Shown here: positions 1-7,239 of the stretch, one piece after another
How positions within the stretch are numbered: the first letter of the stretch is position 1
Layout of the letters: each line of letters begins with the position of its first letter
Assembly (NCBI RefSeq): GCF_051097895.1
Contig: NZ_CP142525.1
Coordinates: 1,860,001-1,892,000, forward strand
Source: Psychrobacter sp. HD31
Lineage (GTDB): Bacteria > Pseudomonadota > Gammaproteobacteria > Pseudomonadales > Moraxellaceae
Length of the DNA: 32,000 nucleotides
Direction: 5' to 3'
Program-made: the position numbers and the translations under genes
The notes under the pieces: generated by a model
The model's database searches: none
What the model saw: the letters and a program-made list of their open reading frames with translations, nothing else
Told to the model about the DNA's origin: nothing

Positions 1-586
1 CGGCATAGCCTAATGCCATAATGGGTTTTGCCATCATAGGTGCAACAAGTAATGCCGCACCAATCATACACAAGTTGAGTAAAACGGGCGCAAAAGCAGG
101 CGCAGCAAACTTGCCATAACTTTGCAAAATGCTACCTGCAAAGGCTGTCATAGATATAAAAAATAAATAAGGAAAGGTAAGACGCAATAAATCTGTTGCG
201 GTATTAAATTTTGCTGGCTCATCAGCAAAACCACCACCAAACAGCCCCATTACTTGTGGTGCAAGTAAAATTACCAGCACAGTAAGCATAAATAAAATAA
301 GGCTCAATACCCCAGAAGTACGGCTAATTAGAACCTGTACTTCTTTTATGCTGTATTTTTCTTTATATTCACTAAGTACAGGAACAAATGCCTGGCTAAA
401 AGCACCCTCGGCAAATAATCGGCGTAAAAAGTTTGGGATTTTAAATGCCATTACAAAGGCATCCATCAATCCGCCAGCACCAAACACCCCTAGTAAAACG
501 ACATCTCGCACTAATCCTAAAATGCGTGAAAGCATAGTCATAGAGCTAACAATCATTGTAGAGCGGAATAAACGACTTTTTGCCAT
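1..586 (-). CDS. murJ: Lipid II flippase MurJ (MviN), N-terminal ~195 aa; the gene continues past the window start
   Basis: It is absent from the ORF track because it runs off the window. The reverse-strand ATG at 586 reads MAKSRLFRSTMIVSSMTMLSRILGLVRDVVLLGVFGAGGLMDAFVMAFKIPNFLRRLFAEGAFSQAFVPVLSEYKEK, the canonical MurJ/MviN N-terminus. The listed + ORF 348..632 is its antisense shadow. Confidence 0.9.
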   Translation of the reverse strand, partial: MAKSRLFRSTMIVSSMTMLSRILGLVRDVVLLGVFGAGGLMDAFVMAFKIPNFLRRLFAEGAFSQAFVPVLSEYKEKYSIKEVQVLISRTSGVLSLILFMLTVLVILLAPQVMGLFGGGFADEPAKFNTATDLLRLTFPYLFFISMTAFAGSILQSYGKFAAPAFAPVLLNLCMIGAALLVAPMMAKPIMALGYA

Positions 587-798
587 TGTGGTATTGCCTA
601 AGTTTTATTTTTTTAAAGTAGGCGAATTATAGCATTTTGTATGAGTTTTTGGGGTGCTCAAGTGTGGATATTGTATGGAATTAAAATGATGAATAACAAA
701 AAGGTAAGCTTGAAAGGGCGTATCATATGATGGCTTTTTCAACCCTTCATTTTTTTAATTTTGTTTGGTTGGCTTTGGCTTGATTTTGGTAATGATGT

Positions 799-1332
799 CT
801 ACTTCTTTGACTCATTTCTTCCATAACATGGAAAAAACCGATCATATACAATCTCAATAAATGTGTTAGGGATTTTAGCACTCTCAAAAACAATTTTATC
901 CTTAACATCAAACATATGAAACACAATACCTGTATTGTTTTTGCATAATACGATTGAATTTTCAGTTATACTTAAAGAACTCATACTATAGACTGTCTGC
1001 GTCATTTCCACAGTTATAGGTAATTCATTCCAAGCATCCTCTTTAAATAATTCAACTAATTTATTTAGCTTTTCTTTATTAAAATTATAATCATAATACT
1101 GGCCACTATAAAAATTATATGAATTTGGATAGCCTGGCTGATAAACACCGGTAGGCTCTGCTAAAAACTTTTTTATTAGCAAACCTTGAGATTCAAACCA
1201 ATCAAGGTTTGCCTTTACGCCAGCTCTTGCTTGTTTCAGCTCATCTGAATCAGGGATTGTTAATGAGTAAAAAATATAACCTGCACCAGCGATATTTAAA
1301 AATATTATTAGATATTCAAAAAACTTTTTCAA
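799..1332 (-). CDS. Hypothetical single-pass membrane protein (177 aa), no recognised family
   Basis: It is a complete ORF whose longest form starts at TTG. It has an N-terminal hydrophobic helix (YLIIFLNIAGAGYIFYSL) followed by a ~150-aa Tyr/Asn/Lys-rich domain. The DNA is very AT-rich. It has local similarity to the ORF at 1525-2082. Confidence 0.55.
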   Translation of the reverse strand: MKKFFEYLIIFLNIAGAGYIFYSLTIPDSDELKQARAGVKANLDWFESQGLLIKKFLAEPTGVYQPGYPNSYNFYSGQYYDYNFNKEKLNKLVELFKEDAWNELPITVEMTQTVYSMSSLSITENSIVLCKNNTGIVFHMFDVKDKIVFESAKIPNTFIEIVYDRFFPCYGRNESKK

Positions 1333-1496
1333 TTTATTAAGACCTATTTAAATGTGCTTATTTGGCTAAAACCTACCACTGGCTTGATTGTATTTAAGCC
1401 CAGCACATTATAAAACCAAAAATGTATACAAAAGAAATTTAAAAAATAATATATTGGAAGCGTTGCCAAATTATACACATCATCTCTTACAAAATA

Positions 1497-1515
1497 GCTG
1501 GGCAAAATGCCCAGC
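1497..1515 (-). terminator. Rho-independent terminator downstream of ORF 1525-2082
   Basis: On the minus strand the sequence is GCTGGGC-ATTTT-GCCCAGC followed by TATTTTGT, and it starts 10 nt after the stop codon. Confidence 0.6.
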
Positions 1516-1524
1516 ATACGCTTG

Positions 1525-2082
1525 CTACGGTTCTGTAGCTGTCGAAATTAGAGTAAGGCTGATTCTAACCTGCTCAAACCATTCTGATTCTGATAAAAAA
1601 GGAGAACGGACTTTATACTTGTATATATTTAAGCTTAAATTGCCTTTTTTATAACCTCTAATAAAAGTTTCGTCATGAAGAACAGAGACTAAATCTGTAA
1701 CGTCATGCCATTGTTTTTCTTCTAGGCTATCAGTTAATTTCTTTAAAAAACCAGTTTTTGGGTTCTTATAGTAATAAGAAATATAATTTGTCCCTCCTGA
1801 TCTTCCAAATTGACTTCCCTCTTTATATGGTTTACCCAAATCAGAAGTTATATCAGCAATTAAATCCTTAAACTCTATTTCTAAAGCAACATAATCTATA
1901 GTTTCTTTATATTCATCTTTAGTTTGATATTTATAAACAATCTGTGCGACAAAAGTAGCGAAGAAAAACAAACCTAAAATACCAAACAGGATTATTTTAG
2001 CTATTTGAGTCAAGTTTAATCGGTTATTTAATTTCATTCTATTTTGTTCTTTCCAATAAAATTTATCAAATAAAGTAAGCAA
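1525..2082 (-). CDS. Hypothetical single-pass membrane protein (185 aa from TTG 2082, or 170 aa from ATG 2037), no recognised family
   Basis: It is a complete ORF with a TM helix (IAKIILFGILGLFFFATFVAQIV) followed by a ~140-aa soluble domain. The motif FLKKLTDSLEEKQWHDV resembles KLNKLVELFKEDAWNEL in ORF 799-1332. The DNA is very AT-rich. Confidence 0.55.
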   Translation of the reverse strand: MLTLFDKFYWKEQNRMKLNNRLNLTQIAKIILFGILGLFFFATFVAQIVYKYQTKDEYKETIDYVALEIEFKDLIADITSDLGKPYKEGSQFGRSGGTNYISYYYKNPKTGFLKKLTDSLEEKQWHDVTDLVSVLHDETFIRGYKKGNLSLNIYKYKVRSPFLSESEWFEQVRISLTLISTATEP

Positions 2083-2183
2083 GTTTGACCTATTAACAAA
2101 CTCTAACCAGCCTACACTATATACATTTTTCCAATTATTTCATTGTTCTATAAACCAATCAGAAACAATATCATGTAAAGCGT

Positions 2184-2381
2184 CTAGGTTTTTTCTGTTT
2201 GAATGCCCGTACGATAACTGGCTCTAAGATTATTGCCAATAGCTATTAAACATCCACCTTCTAGCTTACATTGTTTTAAGTTAAAAATTATATTATCTGA
2301 GTTTTCAGACCATTTTTGACCAAATTGATTCCAGTCTTCTTCATTTTTAAATACAATCATTTTATTCTCCCAAACATCCAA
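2184..2381 (-). CDS. Small hypothetical protein (65 aa, or 58 aa from ATG 2360)
   Basis: The ORF lies directly downstream of ampD. The internal ATG at 2360 is preceded by GGGAGA 5 nt upstream. No family is recognised and coding status is uncertain. Confidence 0.35.
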   Translation of the reverse strand: MDVWENKMIVFKNEEDWNQFGQKWSENSDNIIFNLKQCKLEGGCLIAIGNNLRASYRTGIQTEKT

Positions 2382-2428
2382 CTACCTAAGACCCTATAAT
2401 GGCAATAACAAAAGGATTTTATCTATAT

Positions 2429-3010
2429 TTAAACAAGTTCACTCACCATCTTTCTAAGTTTTACCCAATCAAAAAACTCACCTGGGTCGGTTTTACGCAC
2501 AGGGGCGATGTCACTATGCCCTGTTAAATGATTTTTGGTTGCTGGGTAAGCCTGGTAAATGGCAGCAATGCTTTGCGCTAATGCATGATACTGTGCTTCT
2601 GTAAAACCTTGAAAATCAGAGCCTTCCATCTCAATCCCAATGCTAAAGTCATTGACGGCTTCACGCCCTAAATAACTTGATTGCCCCGCATGCCAAGCTC
2701 TATCTGCAAAGTTAACAAATTGGGTGATGTTGCCGTCTCGCTCAATAAATAAATGGGCAGATACCTCAACGCCTTTAATGGTTTTAAAGTAGGGGTGTGC
2801 CTCCCAGTCCAACGCGTTGGTAAAAAATGCTTTTACATAATGCAAATCGTTTTTATCTGTTTGCTTAAATTCATCTGGTGGTAAACTGATGTTGTGGATA
2901 ACAATGGTATCAATTGCCATATTTTGAGGGCGATGATTATAATTTGGTGAAGCAAGCCAGTCAGCAGAGCTTAAACGACCATCTGTAATTGTTGACGTGT
3001 GTGTTTTCAT
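2429..3010 (-). CDS. ampD: 1,6-anhydro-N-acetylmuramyl-L-alanine amidase AmpD (Amidase_2 family)
   Basis: The motifs IVIHNISLPP, AWHAGQSSY, FSIGIEMEG and GHSDIAPVRKTDPGEFFDW are typical of AmpD, and the 193-aa length fits. Confidence 0.88.
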   Translation of the reverse strand: MKTHTSTITDGRLSSADWLASPNYNHRPQNMAIDTIVIHNISLPPDEFKQTDKNDLHYVKAFFTNALDWEAHPYFKTIKGVEVSAHLFIERDGNITQFVNFADRAWHAGQSSYLGREAVNDFSIGIEMEGSDFQGFTEAQYHALAQSIAAIYQAYPATKNHLTGHSDIAPVRKTDPGEFFDWVKLRKMVSELV

Positions 3011-3207
3011 AATATTTGGGGCATAAATAGGCGGTTTGATTGAGTCATTGGCGGTTTGTGATTATTAGGTTAGGGCAGATAAGGCGGTTATGCAAGTTTT
3101 GTTTATAAAATGTGCTTTAATCGTCATTTATGTTTTGCAAACTGCTATGATATAGCACAGTTGATAGCTAAAAATAATAGGCTAAAAAATTGGATAGGTT
3201 CAAAACA

Positions 3208-5136
3208 ATGACAATGTTTAACGACAAGACCAAGTTTGATAAAAAGACAACTCTTTCTACAATCGCAAAGTTTACGAGTCGACGGTTAACCAAGCTTAGA
3301 TTGAAAAAATTATTTGCCATATCAGCAATATTAATGGCGAGTCAGCCATTATATGCGCAAGTGGGTAATACGAAGCTTGAGCAAGCTGAGCAAATTGATC
3401 AAACCATTAACCAAAAAGAAATATTGGAGTTGCTGGTTGAATCAGAGTTGGCTTATCATCCCAGCTGGTTGCGCTTATTGCACTATCCCGATTACGAGCG
3501 TGGGCAAGAACCAGCGACCGTAAGCCGTGTAAAAAAGTCAGATTTTTTTGTGAGTGCTGAGGGGCAACATGATCCTCAGGCAGAACTGAAAGAAATGGTA
3601 ACTAGCTTGTTGTCAAAAAATGATGCGTTAAAAGGGGATGACTCTGTGCAATGTCGTTTTCCCGCTCGTACGCATTGGTTACGTGAGCAACTTGGTTTGG
3701 TGTTACCTACTGTAAGTTGTACCCATTATGATAATTGGTTTAAACAGTATCAGCCAGAGCAGTTATCGATAATGTTTGCGCAGGAATATCCAGATAGCAT
3801 GACATCTGCTTTTGCACATACTTTATTGCGTATTGATACCAGCAAAAATCCGCAAGCAAATAATTTTAAAGATGCCTATGCACTCAATTATACGGTTGAT
3901 GGTAATCCGAATGATAGTATGCCTGCGTATGCTTTAAAGTCTATGACGGGCAAATATGCTGGGTTAATGACAATTGAATCATATCTACCAAAATTAGAAG
4001 ACTATTTAGTAAAAGACAATCGAGATGTGTGGACATATCCACTAAAATTAACAAAAGCAGAGTCAGCGCAAATTATCCGCCATGTGTGGGAGGTGAAAGA
4101 TGTTGGTTTGCCTTACTACTTTTTAACAGATAACTGTGCGTCAGAAATCTTACGTTTTATTGATGTGGTAAGACCAGCAGAGCATTTGTATGATGCCTTT
4201 AGCAAATTTGTTGTACCAAATGAAGTCATCCGCCTGTTAGATGAAAAAGGCTTGCTGGAACAAGGTGATTTTTTACCTGCAGTGGCAAGCCAAAAGCAAG
4301 CAAAGTTAAATGGTGTTATTGCACAACAAGATGCCCAAACCAGCCCAACGCAAGGTGCAAAATTGCAACGAGCTACTATTGCACTGGGACAGGCAGGTAC
4401 TCAAACTTATGCCCAAGTTGGTGCCCGCGTGAGCTATCACGATTTGTTAGACCGAGAGATAGGCTACCGTAAAAACTTAGACATGGATACACTTAACCTA
4501 AAAATAAGAGCGTATGATGTTGATGAAAAAATGGGTACTGCCGATAAGGTGCAACTGCAAGAACTAACCATATTGCGTGGTCGCTCTTATCATCCGATTA
4601 ACACCGCAAGAGATGGTGGCAGTTGGGGCGTTGATTTTGGTTTAAAACAGGTTAATGATGCCTCTGAAGATTTTAGCAAAAGAGGTGCTAATCACAACCC
4701 ACAAAAAAATGAACTACGCCAGCAGCATTTAGTGGCTAATTTAGGGGTGGAAAAGGGCGTGTCAGTCGCCTTTGGTAAGGTCAATAGCCAATATGACTTA
4801 CCACAACAGCTTTGTTATGCCTTTGGCGCTGGCAACGTGCAAGGTGGTAAAGGATTAACCAATGGATTCCGCTTAGGGGTGGGGGCAAACCTTGGTTGTG
4901 TGTATCGCATGAATGATAAATTAAGAGCCACAGCTGAAGTGAATGTGCCATACTGGTATCATACAGATACAAGCCTGACAAATCACAAACAAGGTTATTG
5001 GCAGCCTACGGCAAGTATTGGTATGCAATATGATATGGCAACCAACCACAGTTTGAGGGTAACGGCAGATTATGAACTAAGTGATCGAGTAGAAGCCGAT
5101 ACAGATATGAACGTGAGTTACAATTGGTATTTTTAA
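3208..5136 (+). CDS. Outer-membrane protein with an N-terminal DUF4105 (Lnb_N-like) domain and a C-terminal predicted beta-barrel
   Basis: The longest ORF starts at TTG 3190; ATG 3208 is preferred. The signal peptide is LFAISAILMASQPLYAQV. PYYFLTDNCASEILRFID matches my memory of the DUF4105 signature. The last ~270 aa show about 12 amphipathic strands and end in the OMP-type terminus NVSYNWYF. Confidence 0.65.
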   Translation: MTMFNDKTKFDKKTTLSTIAKFTSRRLTKLRLKKLFAISAILMASQPLYAQVGNTKLEQAEQIDQTINQKEILELLVESELAYHPSWLRLLHYPDYERGQEPATVSRVKKSDFFVSAEGQHDPQAELKEMVTSLLSKNDALKGDDSVQCRFPARTHWLREQLGLVLPTVSCTHYDNWFKQYQPEQLSIMFAQEYPDSMTSAFAHTLLRIDTSKNPQANNFKDAYALNYTVDGNPNDSMPAYALKSMTGKYAGLMTIESYLPKLEDYLVKDNRDVWTYPLKLTKAESAQIIRHVWEVKDVGLPYYFLTDNCASEILRFIDVVRPAEHLYDAFSKFVVPNEVIRLLDEKGLLEQGDFLPAVASQKQAKLNGVIAQQDAQTSPTQGAKLQRATIALGQAGTQTYAQVGARVSYHDLLDREIGYRKNLDMDTLNLKIRAYDVDEKMGTADKVQLQELTILRGRSYHPINTARDGGSWGVDFGLKQVNDASEDFSKRGANHNPQKNELRQQHLVANLGVEKGVSVAFGKVNSQYDLPQQLCYAFGAGNVQGGKGLTNGFRLGVGANLGCVYRMNDKLRATAEVNVPYWYHTDTSLTNHKQGYWQPTASIGMQYDMATNHSLRVTADYELSDRVEADTDMNVSYNWYF

Positions 5137-5979
5137 ATGATGCAACATTCTAAAAGTAATTATCTTATTATTGGTCAAGGTGCTATTGGCAGGCAAGTAA
5201 GCCATATCTTGGCTAAACTTGGTTGCCAAGTAAGCGGTATGGCAAGAGGCAAAAAAGCAGACTATCAATTGGCTGAGAGTATAAAATTTATACAAGCAGA
5301 TGCCAGCGATATCACGGCAAATCAACTAAAGGATTTTAACCGTATTGCCATTATTATTACCCCAACCGATTATACCGAGTCTGGTTATCGAAGCAGTTAC
5401 TTAGCCGTTGCGCAAAATTTTGCCAAGCTACGAGAAGATTTACCTAACCTTGAGCGTTTGGTTTTTATTTCTTCTACAGGGGTGTATGGGCAAAATGAGG
5501 GTGAATGGATAGATGAACAAACTTGCCCACACCCACCGATGCGTGTTGGTTCTCAAATTATTTTGCAAGCAGAACAAGTTTTAAATGAGGCATTTGCCGA
5601 TAAGTTTGTGGTTATTAGACCAAGTGGTATTTATGGAAATGGCCGTTTAATGCGTGTTAATAAAGCAAAAGAAGCGGATAAAAAACCAATGCCTGATAAC
5701 GCATGGACCAATCGAATTATGGATACGGATTTGTCTTATATTATTGGCAAGGTGCTAACCATGGATGAGCCAAAACCGCTATATATTGCCACAGACTTTA
5801 GTCCGGTAACCTCTTATGAGCTAACCATGTGGCTATCAGAAAAACTGGATGCAGAGCTGCCAGTTGTACAAAGCCAATTGCCAGCAAGTGGTAAACGACT
5901 TAAATCAAATATTCCAGCTGGTTGGATAAAGTTTAAGACTTGGCAACAGGGTTACCAACATATCCTAAACCATAGTTAA
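5137..5979 (+). CDS. NAD(P)-binding Rossmann-fold protein (SDR / epimerase-dehydratase-like)
   Basis: The N-terminal dinucleotide-binding motif is IIGQGAIGRQVSHILAKLGCQVSGMARG, and FISSTGVYG is also present. The ATG directly abuts the TAA of the upstream gene at 5134-5136. Confidence 0.65.
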   Translation: MMQHSKSNYLIIGQGAIGRQVSHILAKLGCQVSGMARGKKADYQLAESIKFIQADASDITANQLKDFNRIAIIITPTDYTESGYRSSYLAVAQNFAKLREDLPNLERLVFISSTGVYGQNEGEWIDEQTCPHPPMRVGSQIILQAEQVLNEAFADKFVVIRPSGIYGNGRLMRVNKAKEADKKPMPDNAWTNRIMDTDLSYIIGKVLTMDEPKPLYIATDFSPVTSYELTMWLSEKLDAELPVVQSQLPASGKRLKSNIPAGWIKFKTWQQGYQHILNHS

Positions 5980-6007
5980 ATCGTTAGGTTATTGCAGTTT
6001 TGATATT

Positions 6008-6016
6008 TGCTATAAT
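6008..6016 (+). promoter_or_regulatory. Candidate extended -10 promoter element (TGcTATAAT) for the gene at 6056
   Basis: TGCTATAAT lies about 40 nt upstream of the ATG. No good -35 hexamer is present, which is consistent with an extended -10 promoter. Confidence 0.3.
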
Positions 6017-6055
6017 CAATCAACAACTTGAGTGTTTAATAACTGAGAAACTTTT

Positions 6056-7132
6056 ATGAAAGACGACAGGCCGTCAGATCCTAATGAGAAAGCCTCTAAA
6101 AAAAAGCATCGTACAGTGACGATTACGCTGAGAAAAAATCAAAATACTAGCGTGGATAAGCCACTTATTGTTGCGGATGTTCAAAAGGTTGCGGATGAAG
6201 AAGAAAGTAAAACAGCGGTATTAGAAGACGTTAAAAAAACACAGGCAAGTGTTGAAAAAAAGTCGTTAACTCAGTCAGAAAAATCACAAAATGAATCGAA
6301 CAAACCACTGTCAGTCATCATCCATGCAAATTATGATAAAAATAGAGCACCGATAGATCCTGCCAGAAGCATGGATGACATTCCAGAACCGGCGCGACGC
6401 TATGGTAAACAAATCGATAAAATCTATCAAAGAAAGTCAAAAAAATCACAACAAACGACCACCGTTAATCTTTCTAAATGGCAATTGATTGAATCTTTAG
6501 AACTGGCAGACCATATAGGTTTGTTGCAAGCAGGTGGTTTGTTATCTTTGCCAAAAAATTTTTATATCAACAACAGTAAGCAACCGTTATTAGACAACTT
6601 GGCAAGTATGAAAATGGTGGATATGTCTGATATTCATAAAATCATGGTTGCCAATCCCAACTTAACAAGAATCGGCCTTTCAAGCGTAAATGATAAGCAA
6701 ACGTCACAGCCAAATATTGATGATATCCAAAATAAAGACTACGCCCCCGATTGGGAACTGATTTTGTATCCTGAACGTTTTGAAGAAGCTCCAGGGTCAT
6801 TAAGTACAGACATTATGGCATGTAGTATGGCAGTGCATGTGCTTAAACAGTGCCCAACACGGCAAAGTATTAATAAAAAAGTCACAATGACACAGGTGTG
6901 TGATTTAATAAGAAGTTATTTGTTGTCCCAATGCAAAATTACGCCCAGCGCAAGACAAAAGCTGCGTCATACGCCTGTTTATATTGGGCATGTGGTTTTT
7001 GCTGCTTATTATTTAGGTTGGCAAGTAGAACAAGGCGATGATGACCAACTTTATTGCAACATTTCTACCCGTTGTGGGCTGTTTTCTCGTTATCCCATAT
7101 TATCTGATTATTACATCAATGGTTGGCAGTAA
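6056..7132 (+). CDS. Hypothetical protein (358 aa), no recognised family
   Basis: It is a complete ORF with host-like composition. The N-terminal ~135 aa is Lys/Ser/Glu/Gln-rich and low in complexity. The C-terminal ~120 aa contains six Cys residues. There is no signal peptide or TM helix. Confidence 0.6.
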   Translation: MKDDRPSDPNEKASKKKHRTVTITLRKNQNTSVDKPLIVADVQKVADEEESKTAVLEDVKKTQASVEKKSLTQSEKSQNESNKPLSVIIHANYDKNRAPIDPARSMDDIPEPARRYGKQIDKIYQRKSKKSQQTTTVNLSKWQLIESLELADHIGLLQAGGLLSLPKNFYINNSKQPLLDNLASMKMVDMSDIHKIMVANPNLTRIGLSSVNDKQTSQPNIDDIQNKDYAPDWELILYPERFEEAPGSLSTDIMACSMAVHVLKQCPTRQSINKKVTMTQVCDLIRSYLLSQCKITPSARQKLRHTPVYIGHVVFAAYYLGWQVEQGDDDQLYCNISTRCGLFSRYPILSDYYINGWQ

Positions 7133-7239
7133 GCATGCGATAAGATTTTATGTCTGGTAATCTTTAACGATTACTGACATCGTTACATGACAAGACTTAT
7201 GATGATTGTTACTTTGTAAAATAAACGGTTATCTGTGTG

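Noticed and set aside
348-632. A 94-aa + strand ORF at the left edge of the window.
   Set aside because: It lies entirely antisense to the clearly recognisable murJ N-terminus (minus strand, ATG at 586). Its translation is low-complexity, so it is a shadow ORF.
1388-1654. An 88-aa + strand ORF spanning the gap between the two islet genes.
   Set aside because: It overlaps the 3-prime end of ORF 1525-2082 and its terminator hairpin. It has no RBS and no recognisable features, and is most likely a chance ORF in AT-rich DNA.
1333-2410. The motif ATAGG(G)TC recurs just upstream of the start of all three islet ORFs (near 1341-1347, 2087-2093 and 2389-2396). This suggested a shared operator.
   Set aside because: The AGGT core sits 5-9 nt from each candidate start and matches the 3-prime part of a Shine-Dalgarno sequence (AGGAGGT). 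A ribosome-binding site is the simpler explanation, and the match is too short to support a regulatory claim.
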